Below are positions 60,067 to 64,000 of a stretch of 64,000 bases of DNA, one piece after another. The DNA comes from a virus. The notes under the pieces were generated by a model, which was not told the DNA's origin, searched no databases, and saw only the letters and a program-made list of their open reading frames with translations. The stretch covers positions 29,765 through 93,764 of the IMG/VR virus record IMGVR_UViG_3300035703_000044. The stretch is one strand, 5' to 3'. Positions within the stretch are counted from its first letter, which is position 1. Each line of letters starts with the position of its first letter. A program made the position numbers and the translations under genes.

Positions 60067-60240
60067 ATGGTCCATATGGACCTTGAGAACTATTATAAGA
60101 TTAACTTTGCTTTGATGCAGTTCCATAAATATTCATTAACAGAGGTTGAAAACTTGATCCCTTGGGAACGAGATGTCTATATTGGTTTATTACAACAACA
60201 TCTGGAAGATGAAAAACTAAGACAACAGCAGAATGGCTGA
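60067..60240 (+). CDS. gp51: gp51-like baseplate hub chaperone (not in track), possibly a -1 frameshift extension of gp26
   Basis: NYYK.NFALMQ.HKYSL.E.EN..PWER..Y. Confidence 0.8.
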   Translation: MVHMDLENYYKINFALMQFHKYSLTEVENLIPWERDVYIGLLQQHLEDEKLRQQQNG

Positions 60241-62470
60241 TAACATCCCCAGTTTAGACGATCTACTTAAGAACATTCAAGAAGAGGGTGATGATAACAT
60301 CCCTGGATTGGATGATTTGTTGGAGAGTATTAAAAATGAGGATGCGCCACGATCATCCTCTGCACTTGCTGTTGTTCCCAAGAAACCAGAGGACCTCGTA
60401 GAGGAAGACATAGACTCTCAAATTCTTTCCATCTTGGGATTGGAAGATGTTTTTGATTTAACTTATGAGGAGTATGCATCTCTTCTTAAGGAAGCATCTG
60501 TCAAAGCAAGAATGCCAGGTTCTCAGATGTCAACTGAGAGTGTGGAATTGATCACTGATGAATTTAAGAGAGTTAGGAATAAGACTGGTAGATTTAAAGT
60601 TAAACCTAAAAAGGTTGATATTAATAAGGTATTAGATCGTAAACAACCAACTCCTCCTGGTGCAATCGTAAAGGCTGAAAAGTTAATACCAACTGCTCCA
60701 GAAGTATCACCAGAACAACAAAAAACTACAGTTGATACCGAAAACTTACAAGGAGATCTTATTGATGGTATTGGTAATATTTTAGAGTCTCTGATTACTA
60801 TCAGAACTCTACTGCAAAGTCAAGGTAAGATAGAACAAAAGTCTGCACAAGAAGATAGAAAAGAGACTGAAAAGAAAAAGAAAAAGGAAAGAGAGGCAAC
60901 TCTGGAGAAGAAGAAACCAAAGTTACCGATAATAAAATCACTCACAAAACCCGTTGATGATTTCTTTAGTGCGATTAAAAGATTCTTTACAAATGTTCTC
61001 TTGGGTTCTGTTGTTCTTGGAATGTTTAAGTGGTTAAAAGATCCTAAGAATCAAAAAGCAATTGATGATTTTACCAACTTTATAGAAAATAATCTTGATA
61101 AAATATTTAATGGTATACTTGCTCTTATTGGATTGAGAATTGGATGGAATGTATTTAAGTGGACCCGAAGGTTATATAAAGCATTTGATTTTCTAAAGAA
61201 CAAATTGCCTGGTGGAAAACCAAAACCTTCTGCTTCAGGTGCTCCAACTGGTGGAGTTAAACCTGGAGTTACTTCATCACAATCAAGACCACCAGCTGGT
61301 AGTGGGGGTGCTAAAATAACAGGTAGTGGAGGTGAGGTAATAAGAAGAGGTTTACCTAAAGGTGGGGGCGCAAGAGGTGGAGTTGGATCTCTAATAGTTG
61401 GTACTGTTCTTGGATCTGCTATGGATAAATTTATTTCTCAACCAATAGAACAAAAAATACTTGATGGAAAAATAAATCAATACAAATCTTTACCTGAAGA
61501 AAAAAAGAGTGAGTTTAGAAATTCTTTAGTTCAAAGAATATTTGAACAAGAGAATTCCATTAATAGCCCTGCAAACAAATTGAATAGGGCTATGGAAACT
61601 TTATTAGACCCTGTTGGCGCGGCCACAGGTACTACAACAACTATGTTGGAAAGAGATCTTGCAAGAAATTTGGCACTTTATGAATCAATAAAAGAAGTTG
61701 ATGAAAAAATAGAACAAAAACAAAAACTTAAGGTTAAACCACAAACACCAAAAACTACAGATTATGTAAGTCCTTTTGCAGGAGCAAGAGATAGAGAAAT
61801 ATTAAAAGCAAGTAAAATAACTGGAAATGCTCCGATTACTATTGGGGAGAAAGCATCTGCATATAGTGTATCTAGAGGAAGACCGCATCGTGGAAGAGAT
61901 ATTGCTGCACCATCGGGAACTGGTTTAACAGTTCCATCAGAGTCTGTTATTACTGACAAAGGTGTGGAGGGTGGATATGGAAATTATGTTGTATTTAAAG
62001 ATTCTAGTGGTGTTGAACATTTTTATGGACATATGATAGAACAATCTCCACTTAATGTTGGAGATACAGTATCTCCGGGAGATATTATTGGTAGAGTTGG
62101 ATCTACAGGACAAAGCACTGGGCCTCATCTTCATTGGGAAGTTTCTAGAGTGATGGGTGAAGTTGGAAGGCCAAGGGCAAATGTTATTGACCCTATTGAG
62201 ATGGGTTTTCCTGCTCAGGCGCCTTTTACGGGAAAAGTAGAGTCTTCTGAAATAGCAAAAATAGCAAAAACTCCTGTACCAACACCATCAATACCTTCAC
62301 CAACTGGTAGGGGTAATATTGTTCCTCTTCCAATACCAGTTGGTGGTGGACAACAACAAATATCAAGTGGTTCCGCACCAAATCAAGCACCAGTTTCAAG
62401 GTTCTCTTCCGAGGATCCGAATAACGCAACTACTATGGTTGTCAGAGCAATCTATAACATCGTAGGATAA
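60233..62470 (+). CDS. Large tail/baseplate-hub (tape-measure-like) protein with M23 peptidase domain
   Basis: H.G.D, GGYGN, Y.H, G.VGSTG.STGPHLH.E; helical N-terminal part. Confidence 0.7.
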   Translation: MADNIPSLDDLLKNIQEEGDDNIPGLDDLLESIKNEDAPRSSSALAVVPKKPEDLVEEDIDSQILSILGLEDVFDLTYEEYASLLKEASVKARMPGSQMSTESVELITDEFKRVRNKTGRFKVKPKKVDINKVLDRKQPTPPGAIVKAEKLIPTAPEVSPEQQKTTVDTENLQGDLIDGIGNILESLITIRTLLQSQGKIEQKSAQEDRKETEKKKKKEREATLEKKKPKLPIIKSLTKPVDDFFSAIKRFFTNVLLGSVVLGMFKWLKDPKNQKAIDDFTNFIENNLDKIFNGILALIGLRIGWNVFKWTRRLYKAFDFLKNKLPGGKPKPSASGAPTGGVKPGVTSSQSRPPAGSGGAKITGSGGEVIRRGLPKGGGARGGVGSLIVGTVLGSAMDKFISQPIEQKILDGKINQYKSLPEEKKSEFRNSLVQRIFEQENSINSPANKLNRAMETLLDPVGAATGTTTTMLERDLARNLALYESIKEVDEKIEQKQKLKVKPQTPKTTDYVSPFAGARDREILKASKITGNAPITIGEKASAYSVSRGRPHRGRDIAAPSGTGLTVPSESVITDKGVEGGYGNYVVFKDSSGVEHFYGHMIEQSPLNVGDTVSPGDIIGRVGSTGQSTGPHLHWEVSRVMGEVGRPRANVIDPIEMGFPAQAPFTGKVESSEIAKIAKTPVPTPSIPSPTGRGNIVPLPIPVGGGQQQISSGSAPNQAPVSRFSSEDPNNATTMVVRAIYNIVG

Positions 62471-64000
62471 TGTTACCAGCACTCGCAGGATTTGCCGCAA
62501 AGGCATTACTACCATCAGAAAAGAAAATAAACAAAGACAAGTTCTTTGATAAGAAAGAAAGTTCTGCGATCAAAAAAGTTGATGATCAAAGTAGTGTTGT
62601 AAAAGAACCAATAATTAAAAAGAAAACTATATCAACTAATCTATTTCTTCCACCAGCAGAAATCAAAGCACTTCCCCCTGCCGCTGAGGTAAAGAAAGAT
62701 GTAAAGTCTGGTAGATTAGATGATATTTTTGATAGAGTCGGTGAGACTCTTCAAGGTATTATTGATACTTTAAAGAATAGAAATCAAACTCAAAAAGAAG
62801 AAGAGTCCAATAAAAAACAAGAAGAAAGAGTAGATGAGAAAAAGAAAAGAGAAGAAAAATTAGAAAAGGACTCGAAGAAAAAACCGTTCAAGATGCCAAA
62901 TATAAAGGCACCTGAAGATAAATTTAATCTAATGAGATTCTTTGGTAATGTTTTACTTGGATCTCTTGCTCTTGCAATCTTCAATAATCTTGAACAGATT
63001 ATTGATACTTTAAAGAATGTATTTCAAACTATTAAAGATTTCATCATTAAAGTTGGTGAGTTCTTTAGTCCTGTTTGGAATGGGTTAAAATGGATTACTG
63101 AAACTGGAATGGACTTAGTGGATAAAATTAAAAAGTTTTTTAAAGTGGATGGAAAAACTGAAGATGAGGAGTATTCTGAAAAGTCAAAAAAAGAATTAAA
63201 AAAAATTGATGATCTTTGGAAAACAATATCTGAATTTTTTGGATCAGACGCTTCCGATGAAGAATCTGATATGGAAATTCCCGATAGTGTAGAACCGTAT
63301 GAAACATCTCCACCAATATCTGGTGGTGGATCTGATTTTTGGACATTAGTTGCAGTAGCTTCTAGAGAAGATGGAGATCCTCAAGGAAGAGCTGATGTTG
63401 CACAATCAATTTACAATAGACTTGCATCTGGTGCATATGCTGGAAAAACTATAAGAGAGTTAATTCTAGCAAAAACTCAATTTCAACCAACTTGGGACTA
63501 TCCTAATAAGGGTAAATATGGAACTCCAAATCCAGAATGGTACAACATAACAGATGCAAAATCTGCAGCAAAAGCCACTGGAATGAGTGAGGGTGCAATG
63601 AATTCTGTTGCTAATCAATTGATGAATCCAACACTACAAAAAAATGCAGCAGAATTTGTTGGAGGAAGAACGGATTTTACTGGATATTCGAAATCACAAT
63701 CAGAAAGACAGGGACAAATTCTGAGAAAGTCTGGTGATAATTATTTTGGTTGGGATTGGAATTATCGCGGAACTAAAGTTGCTTCAGTACCAAAATTTGA
63801 TATTTCTTCTCCACAATTATCTGCACAACAACAGAAACAACAACAAGCAGATATGGTTGCATCACAGGCCGCGCAACAATCTTCAACTCAAAACATTACT
63901 TCTCAACAATCCCAAACAAATATCCAACAATCTTCAACTCAAAACATCACGTCTCAACAATCACTAACACAACTATCAACTATACCAATAGCACAAGTAT
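62470..64000 (+). CDS. Large tail-associated protein with SleB-like cell-wall hydrolase domain (3'-partial, not in track)
   Basis: TAATG-coupled, reads open to the window end; LVAVASRED...DVAQSIYNR...QFQP. Confidence 0.65.
   Translation, partial: MLPALAGFAAKALLPSEKKINKDKFFDKKESSAIKKVDDQSSVVKEPIIKKKTISTNLFLPPAEIKALPPAAEVKKDVKSGRLDDIFDRVGETLQGIIDTLKNRNQTQKEEESNKKQEERVDEKKKREEKLEKDSKKKPFKMPNIKAPEDKFNLMRFFGNVLLGSLALAIFNNLEQIIDTLKNVFQTIKDFIIKVGEFFSPVWNGLKWITETGMDLVDKIKKFFKVDGKTEDEEYSEKSKKELKKIDDLWKTISEFFGSDASDEESDMEIPDSVEPYETSPPISGGGSDFWTLVAVASREDGDPQGRADVAQSIYNRLASGAYAGKTIRELILAKTQFQPTWDYPNKGKYGTPNPEWYNITDAKSAAKATGMSEGAMNSVANQLMNPTLQKNAAEFVGGRTDFTGYSKSQSERQGQILRKSGDNYFGWDWNYRGTKVASVPKFDISSPQLSAQQQKQQQADMVASQAAQQSSTQNITSQQSQTNIQQSSTQNITSQQSLTQLSTIPIAQV
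63874..63960 (+). repeat. 51-nt-period coding tandem repeat (QQSSTQNITSQQ)
   Basis: CAACAATCTTCAACTCAAAACAT at 63874 and 63925. Confidence 0.7.

Overview
AT-rich 64 kb segment of a T4-like cyanomyovirus (Kyanoviridae-type; host probably Synechococcus/Cyanobium). In order it carries: a CobT-like/CobS pair; the T4 core replication block (gp45, gp44, gp62, regA, hsp20, gp43, uvsX, gp41, mazG) with two free-standing GIY-YIG/NUMOD3 endonucleases and a DUF4338-like insert; a late-promoter cluster of probable capsid-internal proteins; primase and nrdAB; nine tRNAs plus one tRNA-like element; an 11-gene sugar-modification operon; host-type genes (porin, two hli, peroxiredoxin, psbA, Dps, speD, thyX, phoH); gp33, gp59, gp32; and baseplate/tail genes. 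The most interesting signals are not in the ORF track. (1) An apparent programmed -1 frameshift (A_AAA_AAG plus a hairpin) would fuse a C39 peptidase to a GH24 lysozyme. (2) A second slippery site (T_TTT_TTC) links gp26 to gp51, like the lambda G/GT tail chaperones. (3) An NtcA box and tandem glutamine riboswitch precede two tiny peptides. (4) A wcaG-type RNA has extra modules and an ORF inside it. (5) A tRNA-like RNA has a remodelled anticodon arm. (6) Several proteins carry a T4-type capsid-targeting sequence or repeated prohead-protease-like sites. All family calls come from motif recognition by eye; no database search was run.
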